Below, piece after piece: positions 23,901 through 36,600 of a DNA stretch of 64,000 nucleotides. How positions within the stretch are numbered: the first letter of the stretch is position 1; the number at the start of each line of letters is the position of its first letter. The stretch comes from Phoronis australis (taxonomy: Eukaryota; Animalia; Phoronida). The position numbers and the translations under genes are program-made. The notes under the pieces are model-generated. The model made no database searches. It saw only the letters and a list, made by a program, of their open reading frames with translations, and was not told the DNA's origin. The stretch covers positions 1-64,000 of the forward strand of contig NMRA01000010.1 in the NCBI GenBank assembly GCA_002633005.1. The letters are read 5' to 3'.

Positions 23901-26900
23901 TAAAAACAACAGTTTTGGTGACTTTTTTGTAAAACAAGTAGTATGGTCCCATCAGTGCCATTGTATTGAACAATATTACACTCACATTACATGTTTTACT
24001 ATTGTAAATTAATTGTAAACAGTGAAATTTAAAAAACGTAAAGAGACACCTAGTGGCAAAAATACAAACTAAGTCTGAATGTTTCTAGGAAGTTATTCTG
24101 GCATTGTCAGGCAACAAAAATAACACAAAACACTTGAGACTGGGCAAAATTTGTGCCTCAATGACTAAAACATTGACTAATGGTGTAAAATACAGCTTGT
24201 TTGCATAATACACCAGAAATATGTTATAGTACAAAAACAATATAGTTGAATGATCTCTGTGAATGTGCACAAAGACTGTATTAAAATAGATTATTCTGAC
24301 AGCGTTTATTAAGCAGTATGAGACAAATACATGACAATGATCAAAGTATGTACTTTCTATGACTTAATCAACAAATAAAATTAACTTTTTAATACAAAAA
24401 AGGAAATAACGGGGTTGGAGGTCTATTTAGGGTTGGCCTGTCAAAGAACTATCCAATGTTATGCAGTCAGTGTTGCTGATGTTACTACAGTTGTCACAGC
24501 TGCACATTTCTGTACAGTTTGACCCAGCATTGCAGCACAAACTCAGTTTCCCAGCACACATGTTCTTTTTGCACTTGCAGCGTTCATCGTTTAGTACTGT
24601 CAATGGAGATGCGGTCATTGCCATACATATTAACTGCAAAGCTCCACCGCCAAGGAGCCAACTATGGTCGATTAGAGAGGGTACAGCACTGCACACTGGT
24701 GATTAGCCCGCAGGCAATGAAGGGTCAAACACTAAGTCCTTGTTTGGAGGCGGGCACTATTTGGGCAAACGTTTGATTCAAAATATGTTACAATGGGCTG
24801 TGTTAATTAGAGTCAGCAAGTGAATTATTGAACACTAGCCTCAATTCACTTTCGTATCTCTTAGTCAGGCACAAACTACAACAGTGAGTAGCTTCAACAA
24901 TATTTCTTAAGATTGCCTGTCCAAATAACTTCATGCACACCAGCTTTCTGAAGAACAGCTTCAAAGTCTTGCTTTATTTTTGAAAGGCAAATGACATCTC
25001 CATGTGCTAGAAGCTTTGATTCAATGAACTCCAAACAAAACTGTAGAAAAACATCTCTGAAAACTGGGGATTCGTCACTCTCCACAATCTTTGTCTTTCT
25101 CTTTTTTACAGCATGATGATCTGTGGTACTTGGCTTCTAAGACACAAGGTCTTTATCTTTGAATTTCATTTGCATATTCAGGGCTCTGGACTGAGCTGTT
25201 GCTTGCGATACAAGTCCAACTGAAAAAAACCCGAACTGTTAACACTAATTTAACATTCAACTATGAGTGAGTTGGCATGCAACTTTTTCAGACGGACGTA
25301 TCAGGAGCTGATCCACCACCAGCCTAACAAATTTACATGCCGTTTGATCTGTAGCCTAATAATGTTGATCGTCTAATAATTAGATCAGTAGATGCAGCTG
25401 AAAATAAATCAGCTGATATACCTGTGCAGTGATTGAAATTTAATTTTTTTTAAATCAGATGCTCAAACCATAGTCAATCGATTTACACTTAAGGTAATCG
25501 ACGTTTGACGAAATGGACAGTGGCTTCCATCGTCCTCAAATTTCGACGGCGACGATGGCCACTTAGGCACTTTAATTTAATTATCATTGCAGCTGCTACC
25601 TAAGTAATTAATGTTTACAAAAAATTGAGACTACGGCAGGGGATGACGGCCACTTGGGCATGTTGTTTGCAACTATCTACTCCATTTAACCTTCTCAAAA
25701 ATTTTAGACTTAAAGTGCTTTAAAATCACACCCACAGTATAACGCCATAGGATTATCCCTTAGCGCAAGCAGTGTCGATGTGGCAACTGAATGGAGTGTT
25801 CGAAAAACAGGATTGCAGGAGTATTTGCTTAAACTGGGAACAAATGAAAACATTAACGACCTCCTCAGAGGCATCTCTCTACGCGGTACTTCTAAACTTA
25901 TAGGAACATAATTTGCCGAAAAGTATCCGGCATATGAAGTACCTATAGTATGATCATCGTCTCTACTGGGTCAGCAGTATTGTCTAAGGCCTAGGCAGTC
26001 AAGGGGCTGAACAAGTTAAAAAACAACTGGTGATAATACTGAATCACACGTGGAAAACACCAAAATGTATTTTTAAAAAACACGTACCTGTTTTTGAAAG
26101 CTATACTTCTTTCTCTTTCTTGAAATGTGGCCCATAATGTACTTTTCCTGCTAACAAATGATGCACTCATGTTTCAGAATGTTCCTATCTTGTTCAGGTT
26201 AATTGGGTGTTTCAGATTTTGGAAGTGATTGATTTTCTTCGGAAATCTTGGATAACATCTGTATCACTTTCAGCAACTTCAGCTTTAGTACTACTGTTGG
26301 TTTCTTGAAACGTTGCTATGCCGTTCTATGTCCTTTCAATTTTCTGGTCTGACATTTGGTATTCTAGTCTATAGCACTCAGCAGTATACTGTGTAGGCTA
26401 CCAGCATGCAGCTGTTTTCTGCACAAACGTTTGTGACACCTCTTCTTCTTTTTGATCTACTGATCTACAGAGTTCCACAGTCAATCTGCTTTCGTCAGGA
26501 AGCTTTCCTAAGCTTCTTTAGGCTCTGACATCACAATTTTGTGCTGTTTGATAAACCTTGAATTATACAGACATCACATTCCATGGGAGCAGCCATATTG
26601 AAGTAACTAAGCACAACAATACAATCTGGCTCTCTGATTGGTCAATTCACTAGAAAAGCGCCACCAAGTGGCAGGAATATGCATCATATTTTGTGCAACA
26701 AAAACACCTTTTTTTAAAAAAATGTGCAAGTGTAGACGTGGGAACTTTTTGGAACTTGATTTTTAGTTATATTATCTAGCCACATAGAAAAAACTAGGTT
26801 GGCCCCCCAAAGTACTCACAAGGATGAACGCTATGAGATTTGGCCCACCGACTATATGTTGCGGTGCATCGTTTCCGCTTTTCCGAACTATGCAGCTGCG

Positions 26901-29900
26901 AGGAAAGCAGGTATATTGTTTTTTCGACTTCCCCGAGAGTCCTAAATGCTTAGGGAGTGGCTCGCGGCAATGAAGAAAAGTACCCTGTTAATAGCAAGTA
27001 TGAGGCCGTGAAACATCTCAGTGTCTGTGGCCGGCAGTCGTCGACGGTGAGTCTGACGAATGCCGGCTTACCAAAGAACTATCCATACGTTCCGTTACCT
27101 GTGCATGTTCACGGCACCTCTCTAGTATTTCTTGATCACTGTATTCCGGTTGGAACTGATAGCTTGTGAAACTTAACTATCCGCTTGCAAAGTTTTCTTC
27201 GGATGCTGTCGTCTAAGTCGATATTGCGAGTTGTCACGTTCACGTTTATTATTCTGGGTTTTATTTCAAATGAATTATTCTCACCCTAAACAATACATAT
27301 ATAAAACTTAAACAAAGTCTGTCCCATTAGATACAATTTGTAATGCCTTTGGAGTATTTGTGAGTGCAATTGTTTTGAGAAGCCAGCTATGAATAAACGA
27401 CTGCGTTACCGGCTTCAGATGCAACAAAGGTAATTGACCGGGCACCGAGGCGATGTGAGAGCGTGCTAATTCAGTGTTTGCTGACAGAAAACTGTTGTGA
27501 AACAATAACTCGATTTTATATGCTACGGTCACGTGTTAGTGGAATCTTTATTTAGATGTACAAATACATTACTCACATCATTGTTACTGTACAACTTTTG
27601 CCTTGACGGTTCTGTAAAAGGGCAACTTGATTTCGCGGCCCCCGACAAGTAAGTAGATTTGCAGTTTCGTGGCTAATTCACCAAAATAATTTCGTGCACA
27701 TTATTTCTTTGGCTCACTGGTATAATCTTTTCGTGACTGGAGGTTTAGTTTCCAAGTTAAGCTGGTTTATGTTCTTGATGTCCAGTTCCGGCGGCTGCGA
27801 CGGGCCTGATCGGGTTCCAAGGCACTGGCTGGGATAACAAGCGATTTGTGTGTTTAGAACTAAAAAAAAAACAGCGCAAGTCTAAAAGTACAACACACAG
27901 CTATCTTTTGTGTCTGTATTTCACGGCAGAATGATTCGAATTTATCACCAAACAGACCCATACTCCCGCGATCGATCATGATAACTTGGCTTAGGAGTCT
28001 ACACTCCTTAACCGAACTCTGTAGGCTACCGTACGTTCAAATACCAATAAATCCGTAACATTGACATAAAACAACACGTTTGTTCAAGAACTTGATATAT
28101 TTGTAAGGGTTTTACATCGAAATTTGATGATTTATTGTTGTAAAACGATGCACTCAGGCTATAAGTTGACACCAGTAAGCGTGTTGTGAACGGCTAAACA
28201 GACCGCGTTCGAACCGATTACGTCATCGGTTAATTTCAACACCTCCGTCTGCCGTCAGGTGTCAGGTAAAACAACTGAACTTGCTGTTATCGAGTGGAAC
28301 TACTCGATCTAAATTGATACAAAATAGATTGTTTTTTGGGTGGCGTTCTCCTACTGAGCGCGATGTTTTGTTCTAAGCCATAATGCCAGCTTTGTCGTGG
28401 CAACTTGATCGTGTTAAACTAACTTTTACGATTAAAAGCAGCGCTGAAATACTGGAATCACAACGCACAACAAAGGCACGCGCAACCGTGACAAAACGTT
28501 TCAATCTGTTTATTCAGTTTTGCCTTGAATAGAATAAAATAAATGTAATCACATTGAATTTATTATCCCGGCACTTCAGGTCAAATTTGTATTTCCACTG
28601 CCCTAACTGTATTGGCTGTGTCTTGGATCTCTACAGATCTTGCTTCGTTCATCTCAGTCAGCTCGCAAGGCAGTATGCGGGATGTACCCTACAACGATTA
28701 CTGCTTGTACATATCCAACACTCATCAGCGCCCGGTCTCTAATCTTTGTTCTCGAAACGAACTCGAAACTGTTTTTGGCAATTTCTCTGCAAATTTTGTG
28801 CGAACTTAAGATAATTGGTTATCAGACTGTGCTAGAATACATTATAGTTTATGCATAGGAGTTTCTAGTTCAAGTTTGCCCTTGAAGACCCTTATATTCG
28901 TGCTACAAACTCGAGTAAAAACTCGAAATTTCGAGTTCAAACTCGAACTTATTGCTTTAATATTGGGTTTACAAACTGTGAACTAAGGGCAATAAATTAT
29001 CTACGTAAGTTATTGTGTACTCGAGCATAGAATAATATACACTTATCTTGAGTTCGCCCAAAAGTAGAGTAGAAAATGCCAAACCTAATTTCGACTTTCC
29101 TTTTTGAGTAAAAAGATTGGAAACCGGGCCCAGGAGTTCACTCCTATAGCTAGATATGCATTGAGTGAAGTACGAACTCTGTACTCAGAACATATGGACG
29201 TCGTATTCCGTCAGCAGCAAACTTAGAGTTCCCAAGATGCTAAGTTCTCAATGAGGCAAACGGCATAAAGAAGTTGTTGGGACTATGAAGGAGACTATCA
29301 CGATAACGTGTCTCCAACGAATACATGTATTTATTATTTATTTATTATAGTGACATGTATATCAGTGTCCGTATCTTCATTCCGTTAAGCAAGTTCCACA
29401 CGACTCGAATAATCGTACATATTTTTGAAGGACAATGAAAAGATGTAGAGCTGCGTTATTTATCAGAGAGTGAGTAACCCGGAAATCGTGCAAATCTTGC
29501 ATGGTTATGAAGAAACTTGTTGTTCAACGTGGGAAAACCCTGGGCTTGATAACTGTTGGTGCATGTGTGAATTTTCATGTGAATTAAGTGCACATTAGAT
29601 ATTGGTGGATATAGGCGCAAGCGCATAGAATGTGCTTCACACTGTAATTGGAGATCAAAATTCTTCAATACCTTGTTGTGTTAGACATGTTGTTTGTGTT
29701 TACAGGTCAGTCGTGGTGCGGAGCTTATACTGATTTCTAAAAAATTCTTCATGAAACATTGCAACGATCGGACGCGCAAGTGGTTACGGGAGAAAGTCAG
29801 ACCCTACCCAGGCGAACCATCTCTACAACACAATTTTCAAATCAAAACAGATTGGGACTTATACAAAAGTATAATCCTTGACGGATACACAGAAGCCATT

Positions 29901-29924
29901 GATGGAGCACGTGATTACCGCTAG
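12418..29924 (+). CDS. Cyclic nucleotide-binding domain-containing protein 2-like (CNBD2-like), 12 coding exons, about 889 aa
   Basis: GT-AG exons joined in frame by hand: 12418-13173, 14085-14155, 15220-15346, 15559-15722, 16782-16941, 18167-18321, 18935-19082, 19925-20054, 21905-22356, 22637-22864, 23232-23291, 29706-29924. CNB motifs IIRQGHEAQNFYFVLGG and SSFGEVALLHQTTRECTV. Split second CNB (EWIYIVKTG...KDSFGL...LVSRGAELILISKKFF). Tail VRPYP...DWDLYK. Confidence 0.85.
14866..15014. repeat. Compound microsatellite (TA)n(TG)n(TATG)n
   Basis: Directly visible. Confidence 0.95.
15694..16005 (+). repeat. 39-bp minisatellite, 8 copies, each containing the exon 4 end plus the GTGAGT donor
   Basis: Unit AGACTGGCCCAGGTGGCTTGGTATCAAAT/GTGAGTAGGA; the first unit overlaps the coding exon. 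Confidence 0.95.
16140..16432. repeat. Fold-back/MITE-like inverted repeats
   Basis: CGTTCAGTAACGCTAGGACCT (16285) pairs with AGGTCCTAGCGTTACTGAACG (~16404). AAATCTAGCCAA pairs with TTGGCTAGATTT. Confidence 0.55.
17369..18101. mobile_element. hAT-like MITE ends around an assembly N
   Basis: GGCGGATTTA(N)GGGGG at the left and TAGATCCGCCACT at the right with G/C-run subtermini. No TSD confirmed; N at 17380. Confidence 0.4.
21400..21740 (-). mobile_element. Possible Penelope-like retroelement 5' ORF relic
   Basis: One frame reads VRHFEKGRKKLSNKQIVFNEICIKKALLSRYT, resembling the FNxxCxxxxLLPKYT N-terminal motif. Otherwise degenerate. Confidence 0.3.
23693..26854 (-). mobile_element. Academ DNA transposon, internally deleted
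   Basis: TIRs TAGTCGGTGGGCCA / TGGCCCACCGACTA, TAG...CTA termini, 3-bp TSD TAT on both sides, subterminal TTGTGAGTACTTT / AAAGTACTCACAA. A Cys8-finger relic lies at 24427-24696. Confidence 0.85.
24427..24696 (-). pseudogene. C-terminal Cys-rich (CXC/Cys8) finger of the Academ transposase
   Basis: RCKCKKNMCAGKLSLCCNAGSNCTEMCSCDNCSN preceded by a PSLIDHSW segment; isolated and degenerate. Confidence 0.7.
28730..29129. mobile_element. ~400-bp MITE (copy 1)
   Basis: GCCCGGTCTCTAATCTTT pairs with AAAGATTGGAAACCGGGC. The interior is shared with 30701-31102 (TACAAACTCGAGTAAAAACTCGAAA). Confidence 0.7.
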
Positions 29925-30700
29925 CGAGTAATGGAGTTACACGCCTTGAACTGTCCCTGCAGTTGGCTCCTGTTCTGCAAAACTGATTGGTGCTGCCGGA
30001 GATTGCACTGACTGAGATGTCGCCAGTGGTGCTGAGTCTGACATTACAAATGCATCACTACTTGCCATTGGAGCTTTTTTGAGTATTATAATTTTGATGT
30101 ACGCCAAATTCCTTAACACCTCAATTATTCTTTTAGCCCCAAATTATACTCGAGAGTATTCCATATCTGTGCGTGTGCGAATTTCAATCACAACAGCAAA
30201 GGGATTTGGTCAAGGGATGACTAAAACTCATAACTCCAGCCTAGGAAGTCTCAAATTACTTATGCGATGTTATTCTCGACCCTTACTTTGTCTGCTGATG
30301 TGCTGCTAACTCTTGTTAAGCGTATTATCACAGAGGTATCCTTGCACATTAAACGGCATTCTCCATTTTGATAGTTGTATGACGGCTGTTATGATTGCTA
30401 ATGGCACGTGTGCAGATATGAATCACCTCTGAGAAATAATTTGATCGCACGAACGTACCCGAAGTGTCCTGGATGGCACCCCAAGGAGGCGGAGCTTTCA
30501 TGCGATTTGCTGATTGTTGAATTGTTGAGTATTGATGCTCCTCAAGAGACTCTGTTTACAAGATGTACGTATGCACGCATGTGGTTAGATTTTACACTAT
30601 TGTGGAATTGTAATTTAGAGCTTCACTTTTGAATTGCACCTTTGTTTTTTAACACAATTAATGGAACGTGTCTGGTAATTGTATTGTGATTGCATTCCAA

Positions 30701-31102
30701 GGCCTGGGGTCTAATCTTTGTATAGGAAATCCAATTCGAAATAAATAACGTTTGCTATTTTCCGTTCTTGTTTTGAGCGAACTCAAGCTGGCTGGCTAGT
30801 CTGTGCTAGAGTATACTTAGCTTTTGCATATGAGTTTTTTTAGATCAAGTTCACATTGATGACCCCTAAATTTGAGGTACAAACTTGAGTAAAAACTCGA
30901 AACTTCGAGATCAGACTCGAACTTGTAGCCTTAATGCTGGGGTTATTAAGTGCAAACTAGGAGTAGACAATTATCCACTTTAGTCATTATATACTCTGAC
31001 ATAAAATGGTAGACACTTATCTTGAGTTCGCACAAAATTAGAGAAGAAATTACTAAAAATAGTTCGGAGTTCGATTTAGAGTAAAACATTAGACTCTGGG
31101 CC
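30701..31102. mobile_element. ~400-bp MITE (copy 2, same family)
   Basis: GGCCTGGGGTCTAATCTTT pairs with AAACATTAGACTCTGGGCC; colinear with 28730-29129. Confidence 0.7.
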
Positions 31103-31334
31103 CTGATTCTAATGTGTTCAGCGGCTGGAAACATATTTTAATATAATTCAACTGTGCGATTTCATTCTAATGAAACTGAAACCTTGTACCTCGAACATGG
31201 CTTCAGGTTTCAAGTTTCATTTCATTCAAACACTTTTAATTTGTGGCATTGCAGCATGAAACCTACAACTTACTACAGTACAATCCAGGTAACATTGTCT
31301 GCGGATTCTTTAAACACTTTCACTGAATTGTGTT

Positions 31335-32328
31335 AGTAATATAGTTGTTTAGGCGCCCCGTTTCAGCGGGACTTCGGTCAAAGGGCCGACATACACCAAA
31401 GATTAAAAATCAAAAGTCACATGTGATGGGTGCAACCGAAAGTGACATCGTCCGCCTATCGGATGAAAGTGACAATGACGCCACAAGTCATTAAGTAATA
31501 AGATTAATTGGACCTGTTGGAGAGGAACCTCAATCCAAGATCAAAGTCATGCGTGTAACGGAATGAAGTGAAAACGAGGTCATAATCGAACTGGAAGTCA
31601 AGTGACTGCTGATATCACCTGGTAGATTAGGGCGTGGCACCGTCTACCACAGGGGATATTCTGACCTCAAAAAGACGTTGAATACGTTCAAATGAGGTTG
31701 TAGAGTACAAATGATTGAGAGTGCAGGGGATTCCGTAATATTCCGTACTTTTGCGTTCGCCACATGTCGTCCTTCTATAAGTTATCCCCTTTGCTCTCTC
31801 TCATCTCTCAACAACATATGTCGCTTATACCTAACCCGTGAAAGGTATTAAACTGATGAAATATTGTAATCACTTAAGATAGAAAAGAAACCTTTTTCAT
31901 GTTTAACTGTGTATCAATAACAAAGTACATTCTAATCATAATGGCGTTACAATGTACTTTGCTAAACATAAAAAGGTTTCTTTACCATCTTAGGTGGTTT
32001 CAGTATCTCTTAATTTTGAGAACCCTTTCACAGGTAAGGTGTACGCGACATCTGTTGTTGAATTAGGTAGTTACAATATCTCGTTTAGTTTAGTTTAGTA
32101 CCTTTAACGGGTTAGTTATATGTGTTGTTGAGAGGTTAGAGAAATCAAAGGGGATGACTTATAGAAGGAGAACATGTGCAGTACGCAAAATATGGGAATC
32201 AACCTTTCGAACTCATTCAGTACGCAAAATTACGGAGTCCCCTGGACTCTCGATCAGTTGAACTCTACAACCTCAACGTATTCAACGATTGTTAGTGTCA
32301 GAACTTCCGAGTGGTGGACGGTGCCACG
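31335..32328. mobile_element. Fold-back element built from diverged Polinton-type TIRs, with no coding interior
   Basis: Starts AGTAATATAGT. Shares TCGGTCAAAGG, TCCGCCTA, TTAATTGGACCTGTT(G/A)GAGAGG and CTCAACAACA(T/G)ATGTCGC with the TIR at 190-721. 31633-32328 is an imperfect palindrome centred near 31940. Confidence 0.75.
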
Positions 32329-33633
32329 TAAACTGTTTGGTTCAAACGCATCGTTTTCTAAAGTATTTTTAATTGTTCACACGATTTCTTTAGTGGTCGT
32401 TTTCCTAGCCTCCTAACTTTTGTTAAATCGGCCACTATCGTCTGTCGTTATGGCAATAATCTTCAACTTATGGTTATGGTATAATCCTTAGAACATAGCA
32501 GCCGTATCCTTCAATTTGCTTCCAAAGTGTGAACCACTGACAAGTTCAACTTTGCATAAAGTGTGACAAAGTCTTTCGCCGGGACGAATTCTGTTGCGAC
32601 TTGCAATTGGTTTTGATTTCATTCCAAAAGTTCGAGTTGACAATAATTTGGTTGGAAGAAATCTGACTACGAATAACTAATAGTTGATTTTTGTCTTTTA
32701 CGTTTGACGTCATTGACTTCTGTTTATTCAATCAGACGATGCACTTGTGACTTCGAGTTGTAGACTGTGATTAATTAGAGTCCGTTGAAATTTTATGAAC
32801 TTCAATATTTGTTTAGGACAATCAAATAATCAAAATAATGCTAAAACGGTGTCTTCCCCGTCTAAGGGCACACGAGACATAAATATATTTGACCAGCAAA
32901 TCGTTCATATCTAAATATAAAATATCAATATTTTTTTAAAAACAATACTGAGACACATTTAATCTCCGCTAGTGACAACATATGGCAGACCATTCAAGCC
33001 AATATTCACTGCAACCGATGAACAACGAACTGTAGTTCTTTTCTTTTCATCCAAGCTCGTTCGCTACTCTTGAATATGAATGCACGTCGATGGCGACACA
33101 GCCAGTAATAAGACTCCTTTGCCGGGTTGCATGAAACAGTCACAAATATGGACTCAACCAAGTTAACTAAATCTTTTGCATACATATTCTATACTCATAA
33201 ATGTAGTATTTGTTCTAACATTTTATCTTTATTATGAGCTTTTCTTTGACTAATGCCATTTTCTAATAATATAACTGAAAACTGAGCCCTAAATTCAGTC
33301 AAAATAATTTGAGACTTAGTTCTAAAATTTAGATGCGTTGCAAGAAAATACCGGCCTAAAAATTTTCAATAACACTGGGAATTCAAGGTAGATTTCACTC
33401 TCGATTTGTATCAAAGCCAACAATTGACTTAGTAATGAGACCCAAACAGCTTAAGAAAGGAAATCAATGGTTTCAAAAGACAAATAGGCTGTAGACTTAA
33501 GGAACTTAGTTGAGTCCCTATTTGGGACGATTGCATGCCACTAGGCACTGGAATAAACAATTCTGTGAAATGGCAGGAGTATCGGTGCATCAAGAACGTT
33601 CGAGTCACAAACAGTCACGTGTCTAGTGAAATA

Positions 33634-36600
33634 CTAATAATAAAGCGTATCGTGCAGTCTTGAGCTGTGTACGAACTCCTTGACAGTTCTCACTTTAAAG
33701 GCGTCCCAGTCTGCCTTCTCCTGTAGTTTTTGCTCTAGAGATTCTTCGGACGGATAAGGCTGTATCTGGAATTATTAAGAAACATCGAATTCAATTGGCT
33801 CACTATTGTTCACATTTCACTAGAGTTAGACCTACTTCACTACAGTTAGACCTACTTCACGTTTTATAAAAAGTTGTGACTTAAATACTCTTTTGAACGT
33901 GAGTGACAATTTATGAATAAGTTTATATATAAAAAAAGTTTCGACTCAGTTAAAAATGTTTTTACTTCCAAACTGTCATAACTGGTTAGTTTCTTCGGGT
34001 ACTGGTTTTTTTCCGTAGATAAGCCCACCCGATGAAACGCCCACAACTTCTGGTATCAAGTGTCCAGATAGTGGGCGTTTATTCTGAAAATTTCCTCTTA
34101 AAAGCCTACTAAGCGTCAACTTTTAATCACAAATTCAGTTTTGTGGAGCATTTAAAAAAAGCAGTGCATGCCTAATGGAAAGCAGTATCGTCTCTATAGA
34201 AAGCAGTGTGGGGTCATATGGAAACCAGTGTGGGTCCTCATGAAAAACAATGTAGACCCTTGTAGAACGCAATGTTTTCTGCTCATCAGTCGAGGTTCAT
34301 TATAAACATCCCACATCAATAAAACATCATGAAACAGAATTTTGGAAAAAATCGGGTTTATAGTGGAGCCCCAGTATTAGTGTTAGCAGAAGTTGGTTGG
34401 GGTATAGATACTGACCGTTTTCCTTAAGTGCTTTATCATCGTTTCTGTCAAATGATGTAGAAAGAATTTCTTGTTTATCAAGATGCACTCGGCTCCATCA
34501 GAGACCAAACTAACGCTTGTCGAATTTCCTGTCATCGCAAAAGCCACGTTCACAAGACCCTGAAAAAAATCGAAACCTCTCACCAATTTTTTCTTAGGGA
34601 TAGTACGTTGTTCATGACTTTCGAAACAACGGAACAAGCTGCCCGATGAGAAGAAACCTAGGGACGTAGACGCCGTAACTCGAGGAGATATAACGTAATT
34701 CCGCCATAGCAAAGTGGTTTCTGAAGAATTGAGTTTGAAATGGATACTGGAGCACATCTGTTTGCGGTGATATGGCTACACACTGACGTCGGCTTTGAAA
34801 AGCAAACGACAAATCAACATTTCCGGTATTTCTGTTCAATACCAAAAGTGCAGTGGAATGATCTCCAACAAGAGATTCGAATTTCAAAAAGATAAAGCGC
34901 CTCACAAAGGTGTCTTTTGTGTTGAGCTTTTGAACCTGGACAAACACGGTTTCGGTTGGAGTTGGTTTGTGATCCCTTTCGTCCTTGACCTCCATCCCAC
35001 TAGTGCCCTGAAAAAAGTGCAGCGCATACGTGAACTGGTCAACTACCAGGGCCAATAAAACGGTAGGCCAAACTCACCAAAAATTACATCTCGCTATATT
35101 AACGTAATTTAAAGATGCATAGTCTCATTAAATTGTGATTATTCAAATGAAATACTAATTTAAAAATAACCACGGTCGTGCATCCGAGAACCAGACACCA
35201 TTATAACCGTGCGAAAGACTATTTTAATGTATATGTGTCTGGTAATGTTTCATGGCTAACCTGATGAAACAAGGCACAGTTTTTTATTATTTTATTTCAC
35301 TATCAAATAATGGTTGCGTCATATTTGGAATTAATATAGTTTTTTATCTGTTCGTCCTCGTTTTTAAGGGTATCAATTGTGTTTTCTTTAAAATAACAAT
35401 TTATTTACAAATTGTTTCTTGTCCTGATTGTATACACATTTCTCCAGGAAGTCACGAGGTACTAGGTGGCACTTGCTGCTAATTTAAATATTCACGGTTT
35501 CAGTCAGACGTACTGTAGGACATTTAACTTCATCACGGAGCACAGTTCAGCTTGTATAGTTCAGCTCCTAAGTTGTGTAAACTTAGTTGTTCAACTCAGT
35601 AATATATGACGACGAAAGCCGAAACGTTTTTATCCAATACTTTCATGTACTTGTGTTTCTTCATTCCTCTGAGTCGTTAAAATTGTACAAAATTGTGATA
35701 TTTTTGGAGGCGAAAAACAAAATAGCAAGTTGCCTATCTCGTATGTTTACTTGGCAATGGGGTTTGATCGCTCCGTAAGCCGCTGTATAAGTAACCGATA
35801 ATTCCCGCCATAGCTGTTTTTAATGATATTTTCAACAATGCGGAGTAGGATCAGAAGCGCACCGTATCAGCAAGCCTCGACTCACTCTTCGTAATGTTTT
35901 GTTTTGTACTGTTAGGTCGCAGTTTCTACAATTCTAAGGTCAAGCCCACTTTATATATGTATATTACAGAAAACAGTAAGGTGTTAAAAACCATCACCAC
36001 TTCTTGGTTGTGTGAGTTTCTGCAGAGCTTGCTCTTCTTCGCGTTTTTAAAACAATGTTGAGGCACTGACAATTTTTGCACGGGTAAAGGTACTTGTCAG
36101 AATATGACGCATGCCTGTGAAAGACCTGTTACGCCTATAAATGTCAAATTTAGTATTGCAAAGTACATTTTCCTGATTAGTGAATCTTTGGGGGTAATTC
36201 AACTGCACCGGTACGAAAACTACTCCAATTATGGTCATAGTAGGCGTATTTAGAAATTATTGTTTCAGAGGGCAAAGCTTTGCCTGAATATAAGGGTAAG
36301 AGAAATCCACCCCCGTCGCCATCGGCTCTATCCCGGTCGTCAATAAATTTCACCCGTCGTCACTAACTTCAACCTGCCCCAGTAGGCCACCGCTTTACTC
36401 CCCAGTCACTGAGTGCCAAATTTCTCCCGTAATTTTCCATTGAATGCTTCGATGCCAGATTTTTCTTGATTTTCCAGAAGTTTCTTTAATTTTTACTCGA
36501 ATCTCAGGTCCGACAGTAAAATTACCTGTTCGTGTAATCGTGTGTAAATTGCTTCGATTGTCTTTAGGTGTTCTTCTTCTGTGACTGCAAATTCAGTGTA

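Larger units (their letters stand above)
23527..28352 (+). mobile_element. Kolobok-like non-autonomous DNA transposon with a degenerate THAP ORF, interrupted by Academ
   Basis: TTAA followed by AGGAGAATGCCACCC at the left; GGGTGGCGTTCTCCT at the right (TTAA not preserved there). Removing the Academ insert restores ATG CCG CTA TGT TGC (MPLCC), followed across frameshifts by FDFP, LREWLAAMK and HLSVCGR. Confidence 0.6.

Noticed and set aside
34158-34275. CRISPR-like constant core with variable spacers
   Set aside because: The period is only 21-22 bp, the spacers are related to each other, and it sits in a eukaryotic intron with no cas genes. It is a decayed minisatellite.
35600-35630. Hammerhead-like ATGACGACGAAAGCCGAAAC
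   Set aside because: The core lacks the C of CUGANGA, and no stems I/III or cleavage triplet could be paired.
35860-36070. Extra small exons of the minus-strand gene
   Set aside because: Only weak splice sites, and exons 36526 and 35007 already join in frame.
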